Positions 24,621 through 37,867 of a stretch of 64,000 nt of DNA are shown here, in pieces. Within the stretch, counting starts at the first letter, position 1, and the number at the start of each line of letters is the position of its first letter. The DNA comes from Basidiobolus meristosporus CBS 931.73 (Eukaryota; Fungi; Basidiobolomycota). The translations under genes were made by a program, and so were the position numbers. The stretch spans positions 1-64,000 of the forward strand of contig MCFE01000414.1 of assembly GCA_002104905.1 (NCBI GenBank), written 5' to 3'. A model generated the notes under the pieces. The model made no database searches. It saw only the letters and a list, made by a program, of their open reading frames with translations, and was not told the DNA's origin.

Positions 24621-27600
24621 GTGTGGGGTCGATAGACTTTGTTGGTGGTGTAGAGAGAATGTCAGAGGAAGGTAGACTCTCGGGACCAAAATGATCGCAG
24701 AGTTGCTAGTAAATGTGTGATGAATGCCGGCACCGATAGCGATGACATGCTTATAAATCGTGCTCGAACCATCTGTATTCATCCATCCACTCCCTAAAGA
24801 ATCAAATGTCTACTTGGGTGCCACTAGTATCACCTATCCATGATGTGCCTATGGTCAATACCCCTTTTTCCGTCTTGATTGTGGTTTCAATCAGGACCGG
24901 CCTCCCTAACAGTTGATATTGGATCCCCAGATGCACGATCCGCTTTGTTTGCTGGAAACCTGATGGCGTATCATGCAAACAGAGATCCATTCCTGATGTA
25001 GATAAGCCATACAGCCAATCAGCCGCCTCGGAGGCCCCTTTGCTGTCAATCCATTGAGTTGCCCAGCATTGCTTGAGACACGATCCAAACTCTCCAAGGT
25101 TGCTGATGAAGCTAGGCGGTCTGATCTCAGGCCTTCCGAGACAGCTTGGAGCAGTAAATGGCAGAGTTTCACAGCAGAATACTCCGCCATGTGCTCGCCA
25201 ACCAGTCAAACGCCATGGGACCTCTGATTCTTGTCCGGATGAGGATTACCATGGTCCCTGCACAAGGATTCCACTGCAATATGTCCTTTGACCGTACTAT
25301 GATTGATTTAGCAGGTGCCTAGCCAAATAAAGCTACATCGAAATCCGGAGGCTCACATCAAGTGCACGCACCATTTCCATGCTACGAGCCCACCGAATAA
25401 CCACCTCACTCACTCCATTTGCCAACTGGGGACAGTGGCGGGTCAATGAAATGCTCCAAGCCTTCACTCATTGATTATAGCTAATGTCTCTGACCCCAAG
25501 ACTGGACCAACTACTTCACGGATGGTCAATTACCATCAAACAGCCGAGTCTCCTGAATGATTCCGAAGCAAGTTGGCCAACGCCCTCACATTGGGACTGT
25601 ATCCAGTAAAGGCAGTCCAAGATCTTCATGTACGGTATCGGCGATGCTCAGCCCAAATCTAGAACAAACTTACCGATGTTTGTGATGATCAGAGAGTAAC
25701 ATTGATGAAACCGGCTGTGACGGGGGTGTAAAAGGACCTGAGAAGAATGGCTGAAGCCAATGTGCCACTCCTAACGGATTTTTTATGCATGCGTGCTTGT
25801 GGAATGGAGCGAGCCTAGTCCAGGAGCCGGTTGCTACGTAGAGTCCGAGTACGCACAGCTCTACTACAATCAACCCGCATGACAACCCAGCCTCAGACCC
25901 TCGACAACATAGAACGAACCAGACATATCCAACCTGAGCCATAAGAAAGTCGGTATCAATTACCGTTGCTGACCACCCTGGTGCCCCGAGGTGGTGAGGG
26001 GATGGATTACTCTTGGGGCTGGTGCTGCCGACAAAGAGCCAAGCCGATGTGGTCGGGCCACGGCAATCATTGTCACGTGTCTGCATCAGTTTTGAGTGCA
26101 GGCCAGCTAATTTGGAGCACCTGTAACATCGGGATGGTCCTCTGATGGACACCGTAAATGTGATATAATAGCACATAGGCTGGCTGTAATTCGCGTTGGA
26201 TCTGGTGGCCACATATATTAGTGTGTCCTGAGCGTCTCTCACTCCGGCCTAGCCGAAACTTCGCTTGAGCCATTACTGGTTCCTACAACACAGGAGATGT
26301 ACCGCCTATAGCTATGTACAAGGTTTGAACTGGGCACACCATTGACCGCAATCAAGACGGGACAGCCGGAATCCAGAGACAGCAATACACTGGGCTTTGC
26401 GACCATTGAATCTGGAGCACGGACGGATTTCCTGAAGAATCAGCTGGGTGCTTTACAAGCATACCCACATATCAGACATTCAAGCTTCAAACCAGGTGCT
26501 TGCATATGGATGGCATCATCGAAATGAGCACTGCTCATCGGACATGGGCACATGGAGGATGAATCCTGATCTTCACCCATTGCTACATGAGGAGAGGATT
26601 CAGCTGGGTAGCACCTGTACTACTAGACGACATTCTGCTTGGCGATTCTATTACGCATATCGATGCAACGGATGGCCACATCCGCATATCCTTGGCTAGT
26701 ATTCTTTGCTGCTTAGTAATCGTCCGGCTAGAGGCGATTGATTCGACGTATTTGACAGACCGATATTTTACTCCCCAATTTCCAATGGAGCATGTGCGCG
26801 ACAACTTCATTTTTAACCCAACTTGAAATATTCCACTCCCAGCAACATGGTATGGAGGTAAGAATAGCCGGAACCAGCCATGAGTGATAGGAGTACTTGC
26901 TTGAATTCAACGGATCCAAATATGCTAAAGTCTTGAGCGTTTTCCGAGCCATTCATGGTCAACACATCAAGAAGCAAGTTCCATTAAACCCTTTGGGAGA
27001 ACCCATTACATGAAAGGCCAACTATATATATATATATATGCTTTAAACACATCCATCCAATCCCTGCAGGTTGACCGAAATTCCTCTTCCACCTCGTACT
27101 TGGCATGCAGCTTAGATGGATAATTAAAGCATGCCTGCGGAACTTGTCTATCGCCCAACCAAGAAGCGCGAGCATAAAGGTTATCAGCTGCTCAAAAGCA
27201 CCGAGACAAGCTTCCATGAACTATCGTTGAGTTGAGAAGAATGGTTTGCAAGTTTTTGAGTAGCATTGCGATTCGCTGAAGGGCTGGCTAAGCTTGGAAA
27301 GATATTGCACAGCACAAATCGGCCAATGCTTATTCAAGCACATAATGCAATAAATGTTGGTTTATTGGCAGTTGAGTAGGGGCGTGAAAGTTTTCTGAAA
27401 TTGTTAAGAGTGTGTTTTCGCTTGGTTTCTTAAGCAGAGGCGTTTTTTGTACTTGGTAATGCTACACAAATAATTTGTGGAAGGCCATGTCCGAAACGTG
27501 GTTAGATATATATATACGATTAGCTAGCTCGGCACCGGAATTACTCAAATTACATCGGTTGTACTTAGCCAATCACTGGAATCTTGACTATTCTACTGAG

Positions 27601-29188
27601 ATTTAGTTCGCATTACGGATTCTGTACACTATAGAATTAGGGAAAATTGCCAAGGACTCAATTCATGTCCAGAAGACCCCAAACTTGACACTGTTTCCTG
27701 ATGCTATTCTCAAGAAGGTTTATTACCACATCACCGTAGCTCCACGCAAAGTACGAATATTCATTTCTACTCCAGAAATCAGTTGGTGAAGGCCGCACTT
27801 TCACCTAAAAAGTTCAAATCGTATCCCAGAGGAAATCGTACTGTAGAGCTCACATAAATCAGGCGTAGCAGGGGTTTCTTTCCATCTCTGGATCCCGTTC
27901 TCTTACTCACATACGCTAAGCCAAGCCAGGCTCTACTGCCGATAAGGGAAGCACAGGATTGAGTGCCATGTTCCTGCATGTCTTTTGTACAATTGTAGAG
28001 TAGTGTGGCCCAAGTTTTTTCTGACCGCCAAACTACACTTCGGTATTTCTTATTCCTACGTAAAGGATATTCACCCTAGAATATCTAAAGATGGCCACTT
28101 ATATTGTTCTGCAGATATGGAGACGCTTGCCATCATCAAGGTTGAAAATGGCAAGTCCTAGGTGACAACAAAATACAAGGAGGTATGCCACTTTCAATAC
28201 TAAGCCTTAAATCCGGCAAACATTAGGTATGGTCGGTATTAATTTACTCTAAATAGATTCGCACTTCTCGAAATCAGTTTCAAAGATATCGTCGTAGCTT
28301 TATTACGTATTTCTCAGAATTGCGGCAAGTGACAGCATGTTAACGTCAAATACCGACCACAAGTTAAGAAAGTTACGTTTTTGATATTTCCGTGGTAGAA
28401 AGTAGAGTATCGGTATGGTACGGTATTCCAAGAATTGTGGCGGAAAAGTGCGATCCAGTTGATCGCCCAATAAGAGTTTTTAAATCATGGAGGTATATTT
28501 ATTAATCCGGATGCTGATCTAACTCTAGTCCATAAATAATTCCAATACAAATAAACTAGCCTTTTACAGTTGTAGACTCCCACCGCCTCCTGGTGTAGTC
28601 GATGTATCTATATATTCATCAGATTACTCCATGTATTGATCAACAAAACAATATCATTCCGTAGCCACCTCGATTTTTGATGCTGTTTACTGAGGTGGAT
28701 ATGAGCCATTACAATGGTTTACAATCTTTGGGTTGTAAAGGCCCATAAACCAGGGAAAATATACTGGCATTGCGCTGAGGCACAATCCTAATTTTGTTGA
28801 GACACACACTAAGCCAAAAGGTTCAGTAAACTTTAATTTTATTTTCCTGATCAAGTTGAATTAGTAAGTGCCAAGAGACTGGACTAATTGAAATCTGTTG
28901 GGGTGTTCATAGAAGCATAAGATAAATGAGAAATTGTATAATTGATCAGCTGATGTCTTGGCAACTGCTGAGTGGTTGGATAGATCTCAGATGACTAATC
29001 ACTTGGAAAGGTTTAGCAGATCAGCTGAGAACAAATTGACCACATCAAAATTGATCAGGTGTGACAGCTAAAAATAGATCCTGAGAAGTGATAAAATAAA
29101 CCATCACTGGGATTAGTTATGTTTGGGTTAGGAAAAATCAGTTAAGGTATTAGACTTTCTAACAGAGTAAAATAGGCTAAGTTTTAAA

Positions 29189-32100
29189 TATTGATGCACA
29201 ACACTTGGAGATATTGAAAGTGGTTGGGAGAACAAGTAGATTATGTGGTTTTCACTTAATGATTTATTGAATGTAAAAGTAGTATTTATACTTTTACATG
29301 TTCTTGACATTGAAGAAATGTAGAATAGGCCTAAGAAGGCCCCAAGAACATGTATGCAAAGTTTGGGGCTCTTTGGACAACTTTGAAAATTTTCATGCTC
29401 TGGGTACCTGGTTTTTGGTGATAATTTTCTAAGTAAATCCCAGTAAGGAATTTGGTCAGTATTCTCTAGGATATGAAGGTAATGATCTAAGTGACTAAGT
29501 TAGGTGAATATTTAGGTGGAAATACAAATTTTATAACACTCCCACTCAGCTAAATGTTCATACTGACTAGTCCTAATTTTGACCTAAGATATTCACACTT
29601 GTCTCTAGCTAATGGTTTGGTAAATATGTCTGCAATCATTTCATCTGTAGGACAGTAAACCAAGCTAACTAAGTTATTCTCTATAGCTTCACATAGAAAA
29701 TGATGACTAATATCTCTGCGCTTAGTTCTAGCACAAAAAGTTGGATTTCTACCTAATTGTATACATTGTTGATTATCATAAATAACATGCTCTGCATTTT
29801 TTGACATAAGCCTAAATCTTTGAGCAGCTTCCTGAGCTATATTACCTCTTTGGTAGCTTCACAGGCTACTATGTACTCTGCCTCTGTGGTAGAAAGTTCT
29901 ACAGTTGGTTGCTTTCTTGAATTCTATGAAATTGCTCCTTTACAGTAAAGAAAGGTGTACCCTGTGGTGGATATCCTGTCTTCTAAGTTTTGTCCCCAAT
30001 CACCATCAGAGTATCCCCCAAGATCTTGTTCTGAATCTTTATAGGTGTACCTTTAGCAGATATCAGCAGCTTCTTTAGGTATCTAATAATCTGCTTAACT
30101 GCTGCAATATGATCAGATCCATAGTTCTGATTATGCAGGCTGACAACTCCCACTGAATATGAGATATCTGGATGTGTTCCAAGCATGCTATAGGTCAGAC
30201 CACCAATCATAGATTGGTAAGGAAAGTCAGGGCTTACAGATGGCACCAAGTTCACTTGATTTGGATGAGTTTTACCAAGTTAAGGTTTGTCTTCATTGGT
30301 GTAGCTGCCAATTTACAGTCTTGCATTTGGTACTTCATTAGTACATCTTGAATATACTTGTATTGGCTTAGGGCAATAATCTGGGTACTTCTGTCTATGG
30401 AGAGCTTTATCCCTTAGTAGTAACTGAGCTCTCATAGATTGGACTTCTTGAACTCTTTAGATAGGCTGGATTTAGTCTCTCTGAATGTTTCTAGATTCTT
30501 AGTGGCTATAATAAGACCATCCACATATATAGCTAATAGAACTGGATATGCTTTATCTGGCTTATAGTATATTCTATAGCAAGCATTACTTCTTTTGAAG
30601 CTCATATATTCTATATAAGAATATATCTTGCAATTCCAGGCTCTTGATAGTTGTTTGAGTGCATATGTAGATTTTTTAAACTTGCAGACCAAATGGGGGT
30701 TATCTTGGTGAGCAAACCCATCAGGTTGGCTCCTACACAGGTCCACAGCAAGTTCTCCATTCAAAAATGCAGCTTTTAAATTCATTTGGTGTATTAAAAC
30801 CTGTATTTGGCTGTAAAAGCCAATATTAATCTGAAGAAATTAAACTTGGCTACCAGTGCAAAGGTCTCAGAACAGTCAAGTCCCTTTGTTTGACAGTATT
30901 CTTTGGCTACAAGTCTTGCTTTGTATCTTTAAATTGTACAATCAGCCATGTATTTTGTCTTGAAGACCCATCTGCATCCATTTGATATCTGGTAGATTGG
31001 TAATTTGACTAAGTCCCAAGTTTGATCATCCATCAGGGCCTGATACTCCTCAATCTTTGCAGATCTCCAAGATTTTGTTTGAAGGCTATTTAGGACCTCT
31101 TTTACAGTCTGGGACTCATCAATATGGACTGAATAGGCATAGGCTGAGTTTGTACCCTCATTGATATAGTAATATGGGCTATTTCTGGTTTGGTTGGGTC
31201 TCCTGGCTTGTAATACTGCAATGATCACTTCTGGGATATTCCTGGACACTGATTCAGGCTGAATCCTGGTTGTAGAGTTCTCTAGAGTAAAGAATTATCA
31301 TTGTTTTGCTCCAACTCAACCTTGACAATTGGTCAACACAAGAACAAAATTTTGTCGTCATCTGATGTCATTTTTTGTGAAAATTTTGAATTTTAATCAA
31401 GCAACATATACCTGGACTTATTCAGCTTCTTTGCTTTAGTATTGTAGAGTCTGTATGCTCTACTCCCATTGCAGTAGCCCAAAAGTATGCATTTTACACT
31501 TTTTGGCTCAGATTTCATGTGATTCCTGGGCAGTTTCTTGGAATATGCTGGAAGCCCAGATATTTTTGGATGTTCTGCTCTTGGTCTCTGTCTATACCAT
31601 GCTTCAAATGGAGTAGAATCACAAATTATTCTGCTATAACTCCCATTTTCAAGGTATAAAGCTGTGGCAGCTGAATCTGCCCAAAAATCATAGGATACTT
31701 GTTGATCATGAATCATAGATCATACCATATCAATTATTGATCTGTTTGCACATTCTGCTACTCCATTCTGCTGGGGGGAGTATGGTTGAGTAGTGTCTTG
31801 CTTTATCCCATGAATTTTGCAGTAGTGGATGAAGAGTTTTGAGATATGTTCTCCACCATTGACAGAGCATATTATCTTGATTTTTCTTCACCAGTTTCTC
31901 CCTCCACCATAGCTTTAAGCTCCCTGAGCTTGGAAAGAGCTTCTTTGTTTCTTTCAATGAAGTAGACCCACATGTATCTTGTATGATCATCAATAAAAGT
32001 GATCAAATACCTCATCCCACCCAAAGATACATCTTGCATTGGTTCACACCAATTGGAATAAATTAGATCTATTTCTCCTTAGTTTTGATTAATCCAGAGC

Positions 32101-33919
32101 TCTTGAATGGTTGTCTGGCTTGTTCCCATATATGCAGGCTTCACAGTGCTCCAATTTAGCTGGGGATTGTTCTTTGCTCTGGAAATTAGCTGATATTTGA
32201 TCCTTTGGCTCAAATAATCAAAATTGGTGTGTTTAATTATCCTTTGCCAAGGTATTGGTGCTTCTTCATTTAAGCTACTTTTATTGGCTTCCAGATATTA
32301 TGAGATATAAGTCAATTTATATAGATTTTGATCTCTGATCCCCAAAGAAATATAGGCACCATTTTGTCAGTGATCCTGCATCTAGAATTGTCAAAGCTGA
32401 AACTGAGTTCTTCTGCAGTGGCTTTGCTCACAGATAGTAGGTACTTGGCTATTTCTAGTACATAGAGTACTTCTTTGAAGGTAGGTTTGTAGCTTCCTTA
32501 ACTGCTTCTAAGGCTTAATTGGATAGTTTGTTCTCCCACTGCATCAAGCGTTCAGTCATCACTCATGAAAACCTTCTTAATTAGAATTTCTTGATATTGG
32601 ATAAAAAGTTCTTTTTGGCATGTAAAGTGTTGAGATGCTCCAGAGTCAATGTATCACTTCTGAGAGTCCATGTTTGAGATCCTATTTACCACAGATATGA
32701 ATAGTGTATCTTCTGTTGTTGCAGCATTTCCATATTCAGGCTTCTTTTACTGATTATCTCTCTTTTTGAAGTACCAGTCTAATGTGTGTCCTTTTCTTTT
32801 GCAGTAGTTGCAAAAAGGTTACTGTTGCCTTTAAAGGGTCTTGAGTACCTTATCTGCTGGTATCATTGCCTATTAAAGCATTTTTGTCTTCATTCTTATT
32901 GGCGCTTTTCTTAATTTTTCATCCAGGAGCCTTCCCTATACTTAATTTAAGGTCAAATCTTCAGTTTGGGACTCTAGGGCTGATGTAAGGCACAGAACCC
33001 TGTCTGTCAGACTATTCAGGATGGTAACTATCAAATCCTCACTAGTAGTTGATATGCCCCCAGATTTCATCTCATCCACCAGCAGGGTAATTCTGCTAGT
33101 TAGCTTTTTCATTTCTTCTCCTGGCTGCATCTTTGTGGTAAAAGATTTTTGTCTAAGATATATTTTCTTAGCAGCTGAGCATGACTGGTAAGTGTATTTT
33201 AATGCCTTCCTGACATTGCTTGCTATTTTGCTCTTGAGCATTGAATTAGCAATTTGTCTTTAGCATTAAGGCAAATGCAGTAAAAGGCACTTTGTTCTTT
33301 CTTCTGGTACCTTAAGGCTTCCTTTCCCATGTTTTTAGGAGGGCATTTTTCTCCCATGACAATATCCCAAAGGCCTCTTCCCCTAGCAGCATCATCATCT
33401 TCACCTTCCACACTTAGTAGTTAGGTCCATGCAACTTTTCAGCAGAGGGAAAAATTCTAGTAATAGCAATAGTAGTCATTACAGAGAGTGACAGCTTAGG
33501 GCTCATAACCTGTTGAAAGAGTCTTGGAGATATTGGAAGTGATTGAGAGGACAAGTAGATAATGTGGTTTTTGTTATAAGAGTCATGGAGATATTGGAAG
33601 TGATTGGGAGAACAAGTAGAATATGTGGTTTTCACTTAATGATTTATTGAATGTAAAAGTGGTATTTATACTTTTACCTGGTCTTGGCATTACAAACATG
33701 TAGAATAGGTTAAGGAAGGTCCCAAGAGCATGTGTGCAAAGCTTGGGGCTGTTTGGACAACTTTGAGAATTTTCATGTTCTGGGTACCTGGTATTTTGGT
33801 GAAAATATTCTAAGTAAATCCCAACAAAGAATTTGGTCAGTATTCTCTAGGATTTGATGGTGATGATCTAAGTGACTAAGTTAGGTGAGTATTTAGGTGG
33901 AAATACAAACTTTTACAAC
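29189..33919 (-). mobile_element. Full-length but decayed Ty1/copia LTR retrotransposon
   Basis: LTRs at ~33511-33919 and ~29189-29538. PBS GGTTATGAGCCC at 33499-33510; PPT GAGTGGGAG at 29539-29547. Internal order: gag (UBN2-like LIVTILNSL), CNYCKRKGH knuckle, protease IDSGASQHF, integrase (FWADSAATALYL..TPFEAWY..SVKCILLGY), RT (WDLVKLP..CRWVFKTK; LKAAFLNGEL; LAIYVDGLII), RNase H (ARTKRRDISHHF..YCPTDEMIADIFTKPL). Multiple frameshifts. Confidence 0.92.
33499..33510 (-). other. Copia primer-binding site
   Basis: GGTTATGAGCCC immediately inside the 5' LTR (..CAACA|GGTTATGAG); the typical copia internal-tRNA(iMet)-fragment PBS. Confidence 0.8.
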
Positions 33920-34212
33920 AGTTTTCACTTGATATTTTATTGAATGTGAAAGTAGTATTTATTCTTTTACATAGTCATGGCATAATAAACACATAGAATA
34001 GGTTGAGGAAGGTCCCAAGAACATGTGTACAGAGTTTGGGGCTGTTTGGACAACTTTGAGAACTTTCATGTTCTGGGTACCTGGTATTTTGGTGATATAT
34101 TCTAAGTAAATCCCAACAAGGAATTTGGTCAGTATTCTCTAGGATTTGAAGTTAATGATCTAAGTGACTAAGCTAGGTGAATGTTTAGGTGGAATAACAA
34201 GTTTTTACAACA
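33920..34212 (-). repeat. Partial tandem copy of the copia LTR
   Basis: Directly abuts the 5' LTR; aligns with its distal ~290 bp and ends in ttttacaaca. Confidence 0.85.
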
Positions 34213-34659
34213 CTTGTAACATATCACAAAATTCTATGGCACTATCTTGGTCTACTGACACTATCAGGCACTATACTAAAATATTAGCCCTAAAGTAAAA
34301 CCTATACAAAGCACTTATAGTGATAGATTGTACCAGTGGACCAAGAGAGTGCTATACATTTTTGTGACATGTTACCAGCCACAGGAGCTAGATTCAGAGT
34401 GCCATGGGTATTGAGTACCAGATGCATGTCTTCAGTCCTTCTGTGCTCTTACAGATCCTGCATAACATTAATCCCAAAAAAAGGTCAAAAATGGATTTTC
34501 TCCACCACAATAGGTGAAGCGGAGGAGCTGCTTTGCATGAACATGAAGAGCTACGTTTCACACTCTGTGGCCAAAATTAGGTCTGTTATGCCTCTCTGGC
34601 ACACAATGGCACTATTTGGCACTCATGGCTCAATGTGGCACTATCCAACAGAACAAGTC

Positions 34660-34942
34660 TAATGATTTATTGAATGTAAAAGTAATACTTATATTTAACA
34701 TGGTCTTGGCATAATAAACACATAGAATATGTTAAAGAAGGTCCCAAGAGCTTGTGTGCAAAGTTTATGGCTGTTTGAATAGCTTTGAGGATTTTCATGT
34801 TCTGGGTACCTGATATTTTGGTGAAAATATTCTAAGTAAATCCTGACAAGGATTTTGGATAGTATTCTCTAGGATTTGAAGATCATGATCTAAGTGACTA
34901 AGGTAGGTGAATACCTTGGTGGAATTACAAATTTTTACAACA
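34660..34942 (-). repeat. Partial copia LTR copy
   Basis: taatgatttattgaatgtaaaag ... ggtggaattacaaatttttacaaca aligns to the 33511-33919 LTR. Confidence 0.85.
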
Positions 34943-34944
34943 AT

Positions 34945-37260
34945 TCTACCAGTATCAAGCTGGCTAATGCTCAAAGCAGAGATAGACATCTAACCCATCC
35001 ATGAGCATTCTTCTTTGAAGCTATCACTGTACAGGCCATGCTCAGAGGTCTGAGGTCAGCCAGAATGCATCAAGGACTCAGCCAACTTAGTTTGTCCAGG
35101 GTGGCATATGCAGAGAGGAATTGTAGTATAAGTGTAAAGTAGCCAGCAAGATATTGTGGGCACTGTTGCAGTGGATGATATATAAACATGACTTATGTGG
35201 CAAAGCACTGGCTATAGTATTTGTAATACTCTCTATGCAGTATACATGCTTCATGGCTGAGAAGCTTGTTACAATAACCACACGGTTCTTTTTCTCTTTG
35301 CTTTAGGTGTCTAATCAAAGTGGTCTTGCCCATGGGGTAAACGGCTTGATATTCAGCAATGCAATGCTATTGCATCACATTTTTGTCAATATTTATCAGA
35401 GTATAAGGTTATCATGATCACATGACACCCCTGGTCTCCATTGTTCAAGCTCAATCAAGTTGGTTAAGAAATCCTAGTTCCTTCTAGAAAGTTCTACTAT
35501 CTTCTAGCAGCATCTGGAAAGCTCCAAGTCAACATTGCACAATGGAAGCTCCCCTTTGGAACTTATGTAGCGCAACACCATATATGGTAATTACATGTCA
35601 CATGACCTAGTCACATGATTAGATAACCCCTGGCATATCCCCATGTGATATTCTAGTCTGTTCTTTATTATACTTCAGTCTCAGCACACTTACTGTGCCT
35701 CACCCCAGAACCACATCAGTATTAGCCAATATCTCTTGGCATCCATGTTGCCAAAAAGTATATATAGTTCTATCCCCCCTTATGTATTCCTCAGTCTGAT
35801 AAACACAGATCTTGAATAAACAGCCTTGCCTTGGAAATTTGCCTTGCCTTGTTGATCCACACCCAAGTTCTTTCTTGGTCCTACCTTGCCTAGCTCTACT
35901 CTCCTGCCTTGTGTCTATTCATAACAAAGGTAGTCTTGTATATTAGACATCACACCTACATGAATGTAAGATTTAACAACTACCCACCATAGTTAGTATT
36001 ATCAATAAAGTTGCGGTACTGTATACACATGTATACTTACTACCTTGGCTTGACTCACTTCCCATTATATGCCACCAAAAAGTAAAGTAAAGTCCTTGGG
36101 CTCCCAACCAAAGCCCATTGCAGACAGTGACAGAAGAACACTTGGACAATAGCTTGCTTTGACATTCAGTGCAACAAGCAGATTCACATCAAAATTGTTG
36201 ACAGCATTCTGTCCCAAGAAACTAATGCCAACTCCTCAGGCTTTCAGCTAAGTAAGCAATTGAGAATATTTGTGGAGCCTCAAGCAGATTGTGATGCTCA
36301 GGCACAAGAGTACATAGAAAATGCAGTACCTTTGGTGAAAGACCACCAATTAGCTGTCATAATATCACCATTACTGGTACTTGAAAGTCTGTTTTCAACT
36401 CATACTAAAGCATTAATGGGGCAATTGGATGCAATGGCTAGTAGGATAGATGCAATGGCCCAAAGAAATCAGGAAACAGTCGAAGGACTGGATGAGCAGA
36501 TAATGCTTATAGAGGAATCAACACTGACAGTAGAAAATGCAGTATCTTTGCTGAAAAGATGGAACTCAAGTAGCCCAATAATACAGACTAGGATTGGGTC
36601 ATTAACAAATGCAACAGCACAGGAACACTATACAGAGTGCCAGATGGTGCCATAGAGTGCCAATTTGGGATCAAAATTGACATGCATATGACCCTAAAAT
36701 ATCAAATTAATAACAAGATATACAGCACTCTCTGGCACTATGATCAATGGCACAATGGAACAAGTCTATTATATGAGGCACAACAACAGTACCCAAGGAT
36801 AAAGCTCACAGAATAACCTGTCTCAGTGTGTGAGGGAAAGATTGTTACTTATGTACCAAACCCTAAAACTCAAAAGACATTGCAGATCTGTGAAGCTGCC
36901 AGGTGCAATGATGATGAGTGGGCTAATTTCCAGAAGCCCATAAGAAGTCTGGCATGCAATTATCTAAAGGTCAGCATACCTTGGGACCATCAGGAACTAA
37001 AGGCCAAGCAGAGTGCACTTGACCTGTTCTATGAGCACTATCCTGGTTTTAAACAAGCTAATGGATTTTGGGCCAGCAATGGTATACCAAGAAGATATCT
37101 CAACAATTGTAGTAACTATCAAAGGCTGAAGAATAAGGAAGTCATGGCTAAAAGCCAGCAGCTTCCTCAAGTGCCTGTTACAAGCTGAGCAGAGGGTTCT
37201 AAACAAGTGGCAAGGAAACATCATGGAGTTGACAGAGTGCTGGCAAAGGAGAGGCAGGCA
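34945..37260 (+). mobile_element. Second partial copy of the CACTA-like element (transposase 5' end, divergent promoter region, accessory ORF)
   Basis: ~35000-35400 aligns with ~5095-5495 and ~35930-37260 with ~5495-7350. It encodes QICEAARCNDDEWANFQKPIRSLACNYL..FYEHYPGFKQANGFWASNGIPRRYLNN. Confidence 0.75.
35410..35926 (+). mobile_element. Solo LTR (517 bp) with 5-bp target-site duplication AAGGT
   Basis: AAGGT at 35405-35409 and 35927-35931. Ends tatcatga / tcataaca are each one G>A change from TGTCATGA / TCATGACA. It contains TATATATA and AATAAA. The empty site is visible in the paralog at ~5496-5505 (aaagtagtc). Confidence 0.85.
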
Positions 37261-37274
37261 GAAACAGACATACC

Positions 37275-37867
37275 GGTGCAGTATTTAATCAGGGGTGTAT
37301 ACAATTAGGTAAAATTCCAACTTTTCATGCTAGAACTAAGCATGGAGATATCATATGTCATTTCATATGGGAAGCTATAAAGAATAACTTAGCTAACCTA
37401 GTTCACTGTCCTACACATGGAATGATTGCAGACAAACTCACAAAACAATTAGCTAAAGACCAGGTTTAATATCTTAGATCACAATCAGAACTAGTTGTGG
37501 GGAATATCAAGTTGAGTGGGAGTATTATACATTTATAATTTACACCTGAGTATTCACTTAACTTGTTTAAATCATAGTTGCAAAATCTCAGTGAATTCTG
37601 ACCAAAATCCATGTTGGGATTTACTTGGAATACTTTCATCAAAATATGAGGTACTCAGAACATGTAATTTCTTGAAGTTGCCCAAGCACCCCCAAGCTTT
37701 GCACACATGTTCTTGGGACCTTCCTAAACATATTTGACATGTCTGTTTTGCTCAAGAGCATGTAAAAATGCAAGTACTACTTTTACATTCAATAAATTGT
37801 TAAGCAAAAACCACATAATCTACTGGTTCTCCTGATCACTTCCAGTATCTCCAGAACTCTTACAACA
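37275..37867 (+). mobile_element. 5'-truncated copia fragment: RNase H end + PPT + 3' LTR
   Basis: FHARTKHGDIICHFIWEAI..HCPTHGMIADKLTK, then GAGTGGGAG (37514-37522), then an LTR at 37523-37867 that is the reverse complement of the other LTR copies. A further diverged LTR-like piece in the opposite orientation follows at ~37880-38100. Confidence 0.85.

Noticed and set aside
25670-26900. Possible non-LTR retrotransposon (zinc knuckle plus APE endonuclease)
   Set aside because: The two hints lie on opposite strands and both are incomplete.
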